Notes: a model not told the origin generated them from the sequence alone. A DNA stretch of 64,000 bases from an uncultured Chloroflexia bacterium (GCA_963793095.1 CAWBYY010000011.1:1151631-1215630); one strand, 5' to 3'. Counted from the stretch's first letter, positions 1 to 12,069 are shown. Made by a program: numbers and translations.

Positions 1-2680
1 CGGTGGCGGACTGGTATATAATGTTGAGGAGTTGCGGACGATTTGCAGCAGGGGATTATCGGCAAGCATCGTGAACCAGGTACTGGTCGAGGAATCTGTT
101 CTGGGCTGGGAAGAACTGGAACTGGAGGTGGTCAGGGATGCCAAAAACCAGATGATCACGGTCTGTTTTATTGAAAATGTGGATGCCATGGGTGTGCATA
201 CCGGGGATTCATATTGTACGGCACCCATGCTGACCATTGCTCCGGAACTTCAGGAACGCCTTCAGAAATATTCCTATGATATTGTGGAAGCGATTGAGGT
301 TATCGGTGGCACCAATGTTCAATTTGCCCATGATCCCGAAACCGGACAGGGTTGTAGTGATTGAGATCAATCCACGTACATCGCGTTCTTCTGCCCTGGC
401 TTCCAAGGCAACCGGTTTCCCATTGCCTTGGTCTCATCCCTGCTTGCCGGGGGATTGACCATGGATGAGATCCCTTACTGGCGGGATGGCACACTGGAAA
501 AATACACACCTTCGGGAGATTATGTGGTGGTGAAATTTGCCCGATGGGCATTTGAAAAATTTGATGGCCTGGAAGATAAACTCGGTACCCAGATGCAGGC
601 TGTGGGCGAAGTGATGAGTATTGGCAAAAACTATAAGGAAGCCCTTCAGAAAGCCATTCGTTCACTGGAAATCGGTCGGTACGGACTTGGATTTGCCAAG
701 GATTTTAACAAAAAGTCCCTGGATGATCTTATGGCCATGCTCAAACATCCCTCCAGCGAAAGGCAGTTTATTATGTATGAAGCACTGCGCAAAGGGGCAG
801 ATATCGAAGATCTTTTCCAGAGAACCCATATCAAACCCTGGTTCATATCACAGATGAAGGAACTGGTGGAGCTGGAGGAAGAAATCCTCAAATATAAAGG
901 GAAAGCACTGCCGGATGATCTGCTTATACAGGCAAAAAAAGATGGATTTGCTGACAAATATCTATCCAGGCTGCTGGATATTCCTGAAAAGGAGATCCGG
1001 GAAAAACGCATTGCACTGGGAATGAAGGAAGCCTGGGAAGCCTGTTCCGGTAAGCGGGGTTGAAAATGCAGCCTATTATTTTTCCACCTATAATGCACCG
1101 GATACAGGTAGAGGTCAGCGACAGGAAGAAAATCATGGTGCTTGGAGGCGGTCCCAACAGAATCGGACAGGGAATTGAATTTGATTATTGCTGTGTCCAT
1201 GCAGCCTTTGCCATACGGGAATGCCGGATATGAATCCATCATGGTGAACTGTAATCCGGAAACCGTATCGACAGATTATGACACTTCCGACAAACTGTAT
1301 TTTGAACCACTGACCGTCGAAGATGTGTTGAGTATCTATGAAAAGGAGAAACCGGAAGGTGTGATCGTCCAGTTCGGTGGACAGACACCCCTGAATATTG
1401 CCAATGAGCTTGCTGAGGCCGGGGTTAAGATCCTGGGTACCACTCCGGAAACAATTGACCTGGCAGAGGACCGTGACCGTTTTCGAAAGATCATGACAAA
1501 GCTTGGAGATCCCGCAACCGGAATCAGGCATGGCCAGTACCCTTGAAGAGGCTCTCGACGATCGCAGAAAGAATCGGATATCCGCTGATGGTGAGGCCCT
1601 CCTATGTGCTGGGAGGCCGTGCCATGAAGATCATCCTGGATGAAGAAATGCTGGAACAATATGTTGCAGAGGCAGTGGGGGTCTCACCCGACAGGCCCCT
1701 GCTGATTGATATGTTCCTTGAGGATGCCATTGAAGCAGAAGCTGATGCCATTTCTGATGGAAATGATGTATTTGTACCTGCTGTCATGCAGCATATCGAA
1801 TATGCAGGCATTCATTCCGGAGATTCCGCCTGTGTAATACCTCCGGTTATCATTCCCGGGAAACACGAGGAGACCATCAAAGAATACACCAGAAAAATTG
1901 CCATTGAATTGAATGTAGTCGGTTTGATGAATATTCAGTATGCCATCTATGAAGATGTTGTCTATATACTGGAGGCAAATCCCAGGGCATCGCGCACAGT
2001 ACCTCTGGTTTCGAAAGTCTGCAATATTTCCATGGCAAGAATTGCCACCCAGATCCTGCTGGGACAAAAGCTTGCGGATTTTAACCTTAGAGATAAAAAC
2101 ATACCGCACTTTGGGGTCAAGGAAGCTGTATTTCCCTTTAATATGTTTCCGGATGTGGATCCTTTGCTGGGACCTGAAATGCGTTCCACCGGTGAGGTAC
2201 TGGGAATCTCCGACACATATGGCATGTCATTTTTCAAATCCCAGGAGGCAACACAGACCAGTCTTCCCGTCGAAGGACTGTGTGCTGATTACCATTGCGG
2301 ACAGGGACAAGGATAAGATCCTTGAATTTGCGAAAAATTTTCAGGATATGGAATTTAAGATCCTGGCCACCGGAGGCACCAGACAATTCCTGGAGGAACA
2401 TGGGATAGAATCTGAATTTATCAAGAAAGTCCATGAAGGCAGGCCAAATATCGTTGATGCCATTACCAATGGAGAAATCAACCTGGTGGTGAATACCCCT
2501 TCCGGAAAACAATCTGAGTATGATGATTCCTATATCAGGAAGAGCTGCATCAAATACAAGGTGCCCTATATTACCACAACCTCGGCAGCCCTGGCTGCCA
2601 CCAAAGGCATCAAGGACCGGAGAAACGGGGCCTACAAGGTAAAATCCCTGCAGGAATATCACGCTGATATTAAAGATTAA
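1..2680 (+). CDS. carB: carbamoyl-phosphate synthase large subunit (5' end outside window; reading frame broken repeatedly as assembled)
   Basis: ORF pieces 32-364, 237-458, 428-1063, 1142-1546, 1543-2316 and the 3' part of 1940-2680 read consecutively as CarB. Motifs include [49 protein letters not shown] (hand-translated near 1130-1210), [34 protein letters not shown] and a C-terminal MGS-like domain ([16 protein letters not shown]). I count at least 8 frame switches and no stops inside conserved blocks. Confidence 0.9.
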
Positions 2681-5521
2681 AATAGTTCCACAGGTCCCAT
2701 CATCCCCACCGGATAATAGGGTTGCCCGCTGGTCCATCGTTGGGCGGTTTGGTTATCCTTCAGGCTTTTAAGGTAGTTGCCGGCAATGGTGGTTATTTTG
2801 ATCGAGAGGAGGTTATCCCCTTTTTTCAGATGACCTCTTATATTATAAATATGGTTGCCATACCATTTGACACCTATCTATCTGCCCGTTGATGGCCAGC
2901 TCTGATACACCCTGTACCTTTCCAAGGCTTAACAGTGAATGGGCTGCCGTATTGGCTATCTGGATCTCTTTCTCATACACTGCTTCTCCGGCAAAGGATT
3001 TTAAACGGCTGTATTCCAGAAAATCAGCCAGTCTCCTCATCGAGGTTCGTCTTGTATTCCCATTTACATGGTTAAGAACCAGCCGCCATGGACCATTTAT
3101 TTCCGTACCGTCTTCCCTGGTCTTAAGGGACGGGAAGTCTTCACCCTCTCTTGCCTTTTCGAAAACAATGAGCATGGAAGCAGACGGAGCCAGTTCAAGC
3201 TGAACTTCTTTTTTGCCAACCGTTGCCGGGTACCGGTATTTCTTCCCGCTTTCCGGATCCCATACCCAGGGATAGCTGCCCCGTTCATCATGGAATCTTG
3301 CCCTGAAAGAGATTGGTTCCGTCAGGCTGGAATTCACAAAAAAGAAAATTTGAGCTTCACCTGCACGATAACAGACCTGGCTCAGCTGTTTATCGGGCAT
3401 TTCTATAATGACCAGGGGTGATGCCCGACAGCTTCCTGCAGGGAGGCATACCACCCGAGCAAATCCTCACCGGGAGAAGGGAAAAGGATTACATTCTGGC
3501 TGTGATTTTCAAACAACTTGTCCATGGCATCAACCACCTCTTTATCTCTTGCTTCATGTTCCTGGTAATGAGGAGAGCGGAAAGGTTTCTTGCCGATAAA
3601 AACGACCTTTCCCCCGGCCGTCGCCAATGCATCAAGGGCCCCTATGGTCGGCAATTCGATGGTCTCGGTTTCAGGGATCAGTAAGATCTGGTAAGATCGT
3701 TGCCCGTAGACCAGCCTCCCGGACCTGAAGGTGGCATTGTGAAGAATTTTTTCAGAGACATAATCGCAACCATCCCCGTTGTTATGTACCACTTCCCACA
3801 AGATTATGCTGGTAATCCGGATATTCATGGGTGGGGAAAGGATCACGCTGCGGGCCATGTTTCAGCCAGAGGTCTGTTAAAGGTTGCAAGTATGGCCACG
3901 TTGGACTGCAAGTCAGCATTCTGGAACAACCAGGACAGCCGGGTCTTATAGTCGGCCCATAATTTAAAATAGGGCCACCAGGGATTGCGTTCATTGAACC
4001 AGGTTCCGTACTGCACCCAGCCCGGATAGGGTGCTTCAGGGGGGGAATAGTTGAATCCATGCAGGATGGAGTGGGTTACGCCGGACAACATGCTCTGGTC
4101 CCCTGTGATCTTGATCCGCTCCAGGGTGGCCATGAAAACCATCTGGGTATTGGTGATCTCTTCACAGCTTACCAGCCGTTTCCCTGCCAGCCGGGCTCCG
4201 GAAGAAACAAATTTATTGATCATCCAGTATGACCTGCCCTCCGACCCCCTGTCAGGCAATTCACCACCAACCTTGGGCCTTAGCCAGGTTTCACATTCGG
4301 GTATATCGATGAACATGCTGGTTTCCAGGGGATGCATCCCCCGCCCGTAGGCCTGTACCCTTGACCGTACCCCGTTGTCATGGCACCATTGATTGAATGT
4401 ATCTATGAAGCGTTCCCTGAATAGTTCAAGCCGGGTCTTGTAAAAATCAAGCCTCACCCTGTTCAGCACATCCCTTACCCGGGGCGGAAATGTTGTACCG
4501 TATTCCTCTTCTACGGGATTCCCCATATGGCCTACTTTTTTCAGTACAAAGGGAAGATAGGGAAGCAGGGAATAACCGCGTCTTTCTTCAAATTCTTCCG
4601 GCAGGTCATCATTCCAGTTTGCACCTTCAAGCTCCATGCTGTCACAGAACATGGCCCTGAGGTGGTCTCCCATGGGACCGATCTTCTCGGTCAGCACATT
4701 GGATAAGCGATTCAGGTATCGCTCCACAGCGGGTTTGCTGTAATGGTTCAACACGGGACCAGCGGCTCCCGGAGCCCCGTTGATCACCGCCATATACCCT
4801 GTAAGTTTGACCACGTAATAGAGCACATGCCGCCCTTCGGGCACATCCACGACGATGGTCTCTTCGGCCAGCTGATCATCCAGGGAAATCCCCTCAGTGA
4901 ATTCATTTGAAACAGTTGGCACCAGCCTGCAGCATGATCATATCCCTGTAGACCGTCTCATGTTTCGAATGGATCTCAGGATCCACTTTTTGCAGCAATT
5001 CTTCCCGTGGAAAACTGGTATTGCTGTCCTCCCTCAAGGTCCAGGGTTTCAATGGTTACCATCTGGGTCTGCTCTTCCTTTTCCAGGAATTCCCCACCAA
5101 AGGGCCAGCCGGAACCAACGATCATATCGCATACCATGCCCCTTTCCCGGGCTCCCTGTAAGGCCACCTTCAGCATCTCAATCCACTCGTCCCCCAACCA
5201 CTCAAGGGTTTCATATCCAACCGGATCTGCTCCAAAGGGGAATTTGATGGGGTTGATCTCCACGCCGCCTATGCCTGCCTCCTTCATCACATCCAGCTCC
5301 CTCAGGATCTCATCCGCAGTAAGCCGGTCACCATTCCACCACCAACGGACAAAAGGTTTGGCGCTCATCGGGGGATCCTGAAAGCCCAGGTAAAGATCAG
5401 CGAGTTCCTGATCACCGGCATCCGGGGGTGTGCACCGCTGGAACAGCACAGGAGACAGGATCAGTCCCGCAGATGTCAGGGAACCTGTACGGATAAAATC
5501 TCTTCTGTTCAGATAGATCAC
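2677..5521 (-). CDS. Tat-signal glycoside hydrolase, GH106-like (putative alpha-L-rhamnosidase family); about 4 frame breaks as assembled
   Basis: Minus-strand pieces 4976-5521, 3843-4922, 3403-3858 and 2843-3454, plus a hand-translated tail (about 2677-2870: IGVKWYGNHIYNIRGHLKKGDNLLSIKITTIAGNYL...GPVELF stop), form one protein of about 948 codons. The GTG start is followed by a twin-arginine signal (NRRDFIRTGSL). The motifs PFVRWWWNG and GIGGVEINPI match, from memory, the Glyco_hydro_106-type family. The stop overlaps the carB stop by 4 nt (convergent genes). Confidence 0.55.
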
Positions 5522-5529
5522 CTTGTTTT

Positions 5530-6765
5530 TTATAATTGGTTTATGGCCTCAAACATGGCCACAATATTCTCTGCAGGTACGTCCGCCAGGATATTATGCA
5601 CCTGCTGGAATACGAATCCGCCGCCCGGAGCAAGGACCTCTACCTGTTTTTTTACATGATCGGAAACCTCCTGTGGAGTGCCGGTTCTCAAAATGAGCTG
5701 GGTATCACATCCCCCGCCCCAGAACACAAGGTCTTTCCCAAACTCCCGTTTCAGCCTGTCCACCCCCATGTCGGTGCAGGTGAACTGTACCGGGTTGATG
5801 GCATCGAGTCCGGCCTCTATCATGTCCCCCAGCAGGGGATAAACACCACCGCAGCAATGCAGTCCGACTTTTATACCCGGACAGATCTCCTTGGCCCTGT
5901 TCCATAGTATCTTGTGACGGGGTTTAAAAAACTCACGGTACATTTCAGGCGAGAAAAGCGGACCGGTCTGCATGCCCATATCGTCGCCGAACCCGATTAC
6001 ATCAATATACGGCCCTGCGGCTGACAGGTATTTTTCCAGGTTTGCCAGGTGCAATTCCATCAGCCGGTCGAGGAAACGGTGAATTCGATCCGGGTTGGCC
6101 GCCAGCAGGAAGAGGAAATTGTCTATCCTGAATAGGAATTCCCCTGTTTCCACCAGGTTCCCGCCAAATGCCCCGTAGATGGCCCGGTCCGTCCTTTCCC
6201 TCAGCTCCCTGGCCGTTTCCTCCCGGATCCGGAGGCCTTCCCTGTCCAGTCCCGCGGGTGCAGGAGGAGAACCAATCCTCCACCACATCACCTGGTTAAG
6301 ATGATACTCGAGATCTTCGAAGGGTTCATCATCCCTGTCCAAAAAGGGAAAATTGGTCTGTTCAAAAAACAGGGTTCCCTTTTTCTGTATGCAGATCACC
6401 TGGTTCTCGTCACCCCGTACCACCCAGTCATCTCCCTGCTTCTCGACGGGGATAAAAGCCGGGATCTTACAGGGAGTACCATCGGGAAGGGACCAGTCCT
6501 GCCAGTATTCCTCCTTCCGGTAGAATGCCTGTCCCACATCCACCACATCTACCCCAATGATATCCAGGACATCATCCTCAATCACCGCTAGCTGCTGGAT
6601 AAAATCATATACATAAATTGCCGAGGGCGGGAGTCCCAGTATCTCACGCAACCTTATATAGGCCTGTGCCATGATGCCGCTCGAACGGTGTCCCCCGAAA
6701 TCAACCGGGACCCGGTCCGGCTCAACATGGTTCAGTGCCGATTGTACTCGTTCTCTTGATGTCAT
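5530..6765 (-). CDS. uroporphyrinogen decarboxylase (URO-D)/MtaA-like family protein, function unknown
   Basis: Intact 411-aa ORF with an ATG at 6765. The N-terminus MTSRERVQSALNHVEPDRVPVDFGG and the C-terminal block LVFWGGGCDTQ...GGGFVFQQVHNI are typical of the URO-D-like superfamily. It is a paralog of the next gene. Confidence 0.7.
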   Translation of the reverse strand: MTSRERVQSALNHVEPDRVPVDFGGHRSSGIMAQAYIRLREILGLPPSAIYVYDFIQQLAVIEDDVLDIIGVDVVDVGQAFYRKEEYWQDWSLPDGTPCKIPAFIPVEKQGDDWVVRGDENQVICIQKKGTLFFEQTNFPFLDRDDEPFEDLEYHLNQVMWWRIGSPPAPAGLDREGLRIREETARELRERTDRAIYGAFGGNLVETGEFLFRIDNFLFLLAANPDRIHRFLDRLMELHLANLEKYLSAAGPYIDVIGFGDDMGMQTGPLFSPEMYREFFKPRHKILWNRAKEICPGIKVGLHCCGGVYPLLGDMIEAGLDAINPVQFTCTDMGVDRLKREFGKDLVFWGGGCDTQLILRTGTPQEVSDHVKKQVEVLAPGGGFVFQQVHNILADVPAENIVAMFEAINQL

Positions 6766-6774
6766 ATTGCTGAT

Positions 6775-7938
6775 TTATTCAGAAAATCCATACTGATAGG
6801 CAGCTTCGTACATGGCGATGATATTCGCCGGTGGTACTCCTGCCTGTATATTGTGAACATTGTTAAATACATATCCTCCCCCCTGCTTGAAGATTTCGAT
6901 ATTGGCCCTGACATGCTGTTTCACTTCCTCCGGATCAGCAAATGGCAGGACATGCTGGGAATCTATCCCTCCTCCCCAGAAGACCAGTTCCTGCCCGTAA
7001 ACTTCCTTCAGGAAATCCGGTTCCATGCCTTTGCCGGTTATCTGCACAGGATTCAGTATATCGATCCCATTATCAAGCAGTTCGGGGATGTATTCCACAC
7101 AGGAACCGCAGGTATGATACCAGATCTTGGCCCCGGTAAGGGATTTGATGTGCTGCACCAGCTTTTTTTGCCTGGGCTTGACCACCTGACGGTAAAAATC
7201 AGGGTTGAAGAGGGGGCCCCCCTGCCCTGCCAGGTCATCACCGATCATGACCACATCGATGATGTCACCGATCTCCTTCATGAAGCCCGTATAATAATCC
7301 AGCCAGAATTTCAGTGTCTGGTCCAGCAATGCCTCACAGAAAGCCGGGTTCTCAAGCATGTCCATAAACCATCTTTCCAGTCCCCTCATATACCAGCAAA
7401 TCTCATAGACCACCCCCCCTATCCCGGTGGATATGGCATAAGGTGTACTTTCATGCATCCGGATAAGTTCTTCGCGTACCCCTTCAAAACGGGAAGGATC
7501 ACTCCCGTCGGGAAAGGGATGGCTGGCAATATCCTCAACACGGGCCGTGGCCAGGGGATGGTGACTGATGTCCATATACAGGCCATTCTCGTCAGGCATG
7601 GACCAGACGACCCCGAATTCATCCTTCAGGTCATGCCAGAGTTGCCCGTTGCGAAAGTTCTGCCTGATGGACCCGTCGAAACCCGCCGGGCCCTTCGCGG
7701 TGATATACCTGAAATCGATATGCAAAAGCTGAAGGATCTCTTCGCTTGGCCGGACCAGTTGCTGGACAGGATCCAGCATGATGATTTCCTCATCCCGCTC
7801 CAGGTACCTGAGCAACTCAATGTATGCTTTTTTATGGATCCCGGTCTGAAATCCTCCAAGGTCGAGAGGCACACGGTCGGGTGTCTGGAAATTCAGGGCT
7901 GCATGGACCCTTTCCCGGGAGGTCATGGTTTCTTTCAT
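6775..7938 (-). CDS. uroporphyrinogen decarboxylase (URO-D)/MtaA-like family protein, paralog of 5530-6765
   Basis: Intact ORF. The track start at 7947 is GTG, with ATG codons at 7938 and 7926; the 7926 start gives MTSRERVHAALNF, which matches the paralog N-terminus. It shares the blocks DRVPLDLGG, LVFWGGGIDSQ and GGGYVFNNVHNIQ. Confidence 0.7.
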   Translation of the reverse strand: MKETMTSRERVHAALNFQTPDRVPLDLGGFQTGIHKKAYIELLRYLERDEEIIMLDPVQQLVRPSEEILQLLHIDFRYITAKGPAGFDGSIRQNFRNGQLWHDLKDEFGVVWSMPDENGLYMDISHHPLATARVEDIASHPFPDGSDPSRFEGVREELIRMHESTPYAISTGIGGVVYEICWYMRGLERWFMDMLENPAFCEALLDQTLKFWLDYYTGFMKEIGDIIDVVMIGDDLAGQGGPLFNPDFYRQVVKPRQKKLVQHIKSLTGAKIWYHTCGSCVEYIPELLDNGIDILNPVQITGKGMEPDFLKEVYGQELVFWGGGIDSQHVLPFADPEEVKQHVRANIEIFKQGGGYVFNNVHNIQAGVPPANIIAMYEAAYQYGFSE

Positions 7939-8110
7939 ATAGACCACTAAAGTTAAATCTCTTTTCCTTTAAAAAAAACAGAGAAACAAATGACCTGGCG
8001 GTCAGAATGAAAAATGTCAGCTGATATCATATATTATTACCAATTGTGTTATTATTTCGTATTTTTAGATTCAAATAATCATCAGATAAGATTTATTTCA
8101 ATCGAACCAC

Positions 8111-8854
8111 ATGTCACTGGATTTCATTAAACTTCTGAAGACCATTGAAGAGAACAGGATGGATGTGTTCTCAACCGGCGAACTTGCCAGTATGCTAAGC
8201 GTTCCATCGTCCAGTATCCAGAATTATCTGGAGACCCTGGCCAATAATGAACTGATCACCAGGATTGAAAGGGGCAAGTATTGCAGGATCTATGTAAGGG
8301 ACAAATTTGTAATTGGCAGCAGCATTGTCGACGGAGGGGTCGTTTCGCACCAATCTGCATTGGCCTATCACGGAATCGATGAGGATGTGCCCGGTGAGGT
8401 TTATATTTCCTCCAGCCAGCAGAAGAGCAGTAAGACCATATTTGGAAATCACTTCAATTTTATCAGGATCAGGCCTCACAAAAATTTCGGTTCAGTCAGT
8501 GTGACAACCAACAATGGGACTTTTCGGGTTACGGATGCCGAAAAGACCCTCCTGGATTGCTTTGACCTTCCTAAATATGTTGCTTCTTATCCCAGGCTGA
8601 TGAAAAGGTTGATAAAGATTCCCGTGAACGGGGAGAAACTCCTCGAATACGGTCTGCAAATGAAAAATCTATCCATCCTTAAGAGAATGGCATATCTACT
8701 GGATGAAACCATCCCTGTCCAGTATAAAGATTTCCTTGATGAAGTAAGGAGCAGGCTGAATTCGAAATATACCCTTCTGGATCCTGCAGGTGATGATACC
8801 GGCCCATTTATCCCAAAGTGGCGGATCAGAAACAACACGATTATCAATCATTAA
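8111..8854 (+). CDS. AbiEi-like wHTH protein (type IV TA antitoxin / COG5340-like transcriptional regulator)
   Basis: 247-aa ORF. It has an N-terminal wHTH-like segment (FSTGELASMLSVPSSSIQNYLETLANNELITRIERGKY), then VSHQSALAYHGI and RVTDAEKTLLDCFD, blocks I associate with AbiEi-family antitoxins. No AbiEii-like nucleotidyltransferase gene follows. Confidence 0.55.
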   Translation: MSLDFIKLLKTIEENRMDVFSTGELASMLSVPSSSIQNYLETLANNELITRIERGKYCRIYVRDKFVIGSSIVDGGVVSHQSALAYHGIDEDVPGEVYISSSQQKSSKTIFGNHFNFIRIRPHKNFGSVSVTTNNGTFRVTDAEKTLLDCFDLPKYVASYPRLMKRLIKIPVNGEKLLEYGLQMKNLSILKRMAYLLDETIPVQYKDFLDEVRSRLNSKYTLLDPAGDDTGPFIPKWRIRNNTIINH

Positions 8855-8871
8855 TACCAGGCTTAGAATTC

Positions 8872-11800
8872 ATGGCAAAGCAGGAAACCAACCAGCGTAT
8901 CGGGGAATTACAGGAAGAACTTTCCAGAATGTCCGAGCTATTTGAGAATACAAAGATCAATTATCAATTATTGGATCCCAAAGGCATCATCAGGTATGTG
9001 AACAGGTCATGGCTTGCATGCCTGGGGTATTTCCCACATCAGGTCATTGGCAAACAGTTTGAGTCATTCCTGTCCAAGGCCTCTGCTGAGCTTTACCTGA
9101 AGAACATGCAGGCCCTGAAGCGGAGGAGACCCGAAAGATGAAATTGAACTGGTCCTGAGCTGTTCAGACAGATCGGAGATCACCGCGAGTTTTTCCTGTT
9201 TCGGAAGCAGGGATGAAAAAGGGAAATTACTCAACATCCACTGTTCCTTTCATAATATCACCCGGCTCAGGACCGTAGAAAAAGCATTGAAGATCAGTGA
9301 AGACAGGTACGAGAGGATCTTTAACTCCTTTCGTGATGTTTATTACCAGACCGACAAAGATAGCATCATCACACTGATCAGTCCATCCGTCAGGAATATC
9401 GGAGGATACGAACCCGACGAACTCATTGGCAGGTCCGTGGGTGAATTCTTCGCAGAGGATGAAGACCGGCAGAGATTCAGAGAAATAATGTTTGATCAGG
9501 GATTTGTTGATGATTTTGATGTGCGTTTGAAGATCAGGGATGACAGTTATATACATGCTTCACTAAGCGCGCATTTATTCAGGAATGAAAAGGGAGAGAT
9601 TGAAGCCGTTGAAGGGGTTATCCGTGATATTTCAAGGCGGAAAGAGTATGAGTCGGAAATCGCTGCATATAATAGCAGGATGAAGGAAATAACAGATGGT
9701 CTTCCGGGAATTGTTTTCCAGCTTTTGCAAAAGGGCAAAAAACTGGATGTTACGTACATCTCACCCAATATTTCAGAAAAGACCGGCATGACTGCGGACA
9801 TGATCATTGAAGCTCCTCAATCAGTGATCAAAAACGTTTCAAAGGATGACCACAAAAGGATAGCAACCGAACTGCGGAATGCTTTAAAAGAGAACCGAAT
9901 AGCACAGGTAGAATATCAGATTTCTGCAGGAAAGGGCAAGAATGGGTTCTGGTCCCGCACCAGGCTTTCCCACCGGAAGATAAATGCAGAAGAAATCATA
10001 TGGACCGGCATCAGTACTGATATCACAGAGGAGGTATCAATGAAAGAAAGGGTGCGTGAACAGGAAGAACACCTCAAGGCCCTTTTTGAATTCGCCAATG
10101 TTGGCATTGCCACCATGTCGCTGGATGGTGTGGTAACCTCTGTCAATCCGGCTGTTTGCAGGATCACCGGCTATGCCGAGGATGAAATTGTGGGAAAGCA
10201 TTTCAGGAATATCGATATTTTCTACCGGAAAGACCTTTCCTTTTATCTGAAACTATTCAACGATGCCCTTCTTGGCAAAATCCCGGAAGAAAAGGTGGTA
10301 TTCGAATGGAAACATAAAAGCGGTGAAAAAAAGTGGGCTGAATCATACCTGAATCTTGTGCGGAATAAAGGAAGGATCACAGGCTTCCAGGGGGTTTTTA
10401 TGGATGCTACACACAGGATATTATTCCAGCAGGCAGAACTTTCAAAACAAAGGGACACAGAATTCCTGTTCAATGCATCATCCGTTTTGCTCACCATTGA
10501 TTCGGAGGAAGACCTGTTCCGGTTTCTGACCGGGCAGATGAGAAAGCTCCTGCCCGGGATCATCTTTAATCTCAATTCCATTGATGATGATAGCAGATAT
10601 CTCAGGGTCGAAGCCATTAAGGGTGTAAGTGGAAAAATCAGGAGTGCGATACTGAAACTCTTTGATCAAAACCTTGTAGGCAGGATATTCAAGGTCGATT
10701 ACAGTACATTCGACTATGCGGTCCACGGTAAATTATTACAGGTGCATGACAGCCTTTATGAACTTGCATTGCACCAGGTGCCGGAAACGATCTGCATGCA
10801 GATCGAGAAATTGATCAAACTGGAAGAAATATATGAGATATCCCTCGGTGTCGGTGACAGGATCATGGGAGGAGCTGTGATCTTCATCTCGAAGGGGCAG
10901 CGCATGGAACAGGTCAGCCTGCTCGAGATCCTGTTCAGGGAGGCATCGCAGGCGCTTTTAAGACTTCGCACACACCACAGGCTGACCAAGAGTGAAGAAC
11001 TCTACAGGTCACTGGCAGAGAATGCAGGGGATCTCATTCTCAGGGTGGATGAACAAATGAAACCCCTGTATGCCAACCAGGCCTTCCTGAAAACTTTCAG
11101 GATCAGGCCGGAAGAGATCATTCGAAAGGATCTTAAATACCTTGACCTCCCGGCTAGCATGAATGACCTGATTGCATCCACCATCCAACAAACCATTGAA
11201 AGCAGAGAACCCCAGACATGTGATATTGCCGTCAACCTGGAAAACGGCCCACTTTTTTATGAATGGAGGATGTTCCCGGAATATGATAAAAAAAGGCATG
11301 TAACCTCGATTCTTATTTTCATCCGGGATATAACCGGAAGGAAGGAGAATGAGGCCAGGCTCCAGGACAATATCGAGTATAAGAACCGTATCTATTCTCT
11401 GATCAGCCATGACCTAAAAAGCCCCTTCAACAGTATCCTTGGGTTCCTGGAGTTATTGAAAACGGAATACTCAACGCTTTCGGACGAGCTCAGAAAGAAC
11501 TATATCAACCTTGTTTTCGAATCCTCCAAAAACCTTTATAACCTGCTGGACTCACTGCAGGAATGGAGCCACAGATTCCAGGAACAAAGCATCAAACCGG
11601 TCTATTTTGACCTGCAGGAGATGATCCGCAGGACCCTGGACCTGCTGAAAGCCCAGATACTCGAGAAAGAACTTAACATATACAATTCCATCCCTGCGGG
11701 TACCATAATCAAGGCTGATTATAATATGATCTATGCGGCCATCAGGAACATCCTCTCAAATGCCTGTAAATATTCCCAAATGGGAGGGAATATTGATATC

Positions 11801-12067
11801 TATGAAAACGAACAAGAGGAACATATTGTCATCAATATCAAGGATGAAGGGGTGGGCATGTCAGAAATGGAGATCAAAAAACTTTGCAATCTGGAAGAAC
11901 GGTTCACAAAAAATGGTACCATGAATGAAAAAGGTTCCGGACTGGGGTTCAGGTTAGCAAACGAACTGATTGAAATGAACCAGGGCAGGTTGACGGTTAA
12001 AAGCCAAACCGGCAAAGGTTGTACGGTAAGTATCACATTGAAGAAGAATTTAACCAGTATCAAATAG
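8872..12067 (+). CDS. cytoplasmic multi-PAS (plus GAF-like) sensor histidine kinase; one frame break near 9120
   Basis: Pieces 8872-9141 (MAKQETNQRIGELQEEL..., first PAS) and about 9120-12067 join if one base is removed near 9120 (LK|GGDPKDEIELVLS). There are several PAS-like repeats. The H-box is IYSLISHDLKSPFNSILGF, and the HATPase_c motifs are NILSNACKYS, IKDEGVGMS and GSGLGFRLANELI. I saw no TM segment or receiver domain. Confidence 0.85.
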
Positions 12068-12069
12068 CA

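Noticed and set aside
1-2680. Interpreting carB as a true pseudogene because of its 8 or more frame breaks
   Set aside because: Conserved blocks are intact on both sides of every break, and the two sites checked lie at GGG and CCC runs. Indel artefacts are more likely, but this cannot be proven without reads (see the frame-break finding).
6853-7950. 365-aa plus-strand ORF covering the same DNA as the URO-D-like gene
   Set aside because: It is a shadow ORF. The minus-strand product has strong family motifs and a paralog next door. The plus-strand translation is low-complexity (rich in P, G, H and L) and has no recognisable motif.
7948-8110. Cobalamin riboswitch upstream of the URO-D/MtaA-like pair, which would have supported a corrinoid-dependent function
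   Set aside because: The region is only about 160 nt. I found no B12-box-like sequence on the minus strand, only short generic hairpins (TGACC-TGGC-GGTCA). A covariance-model scan would settle it.
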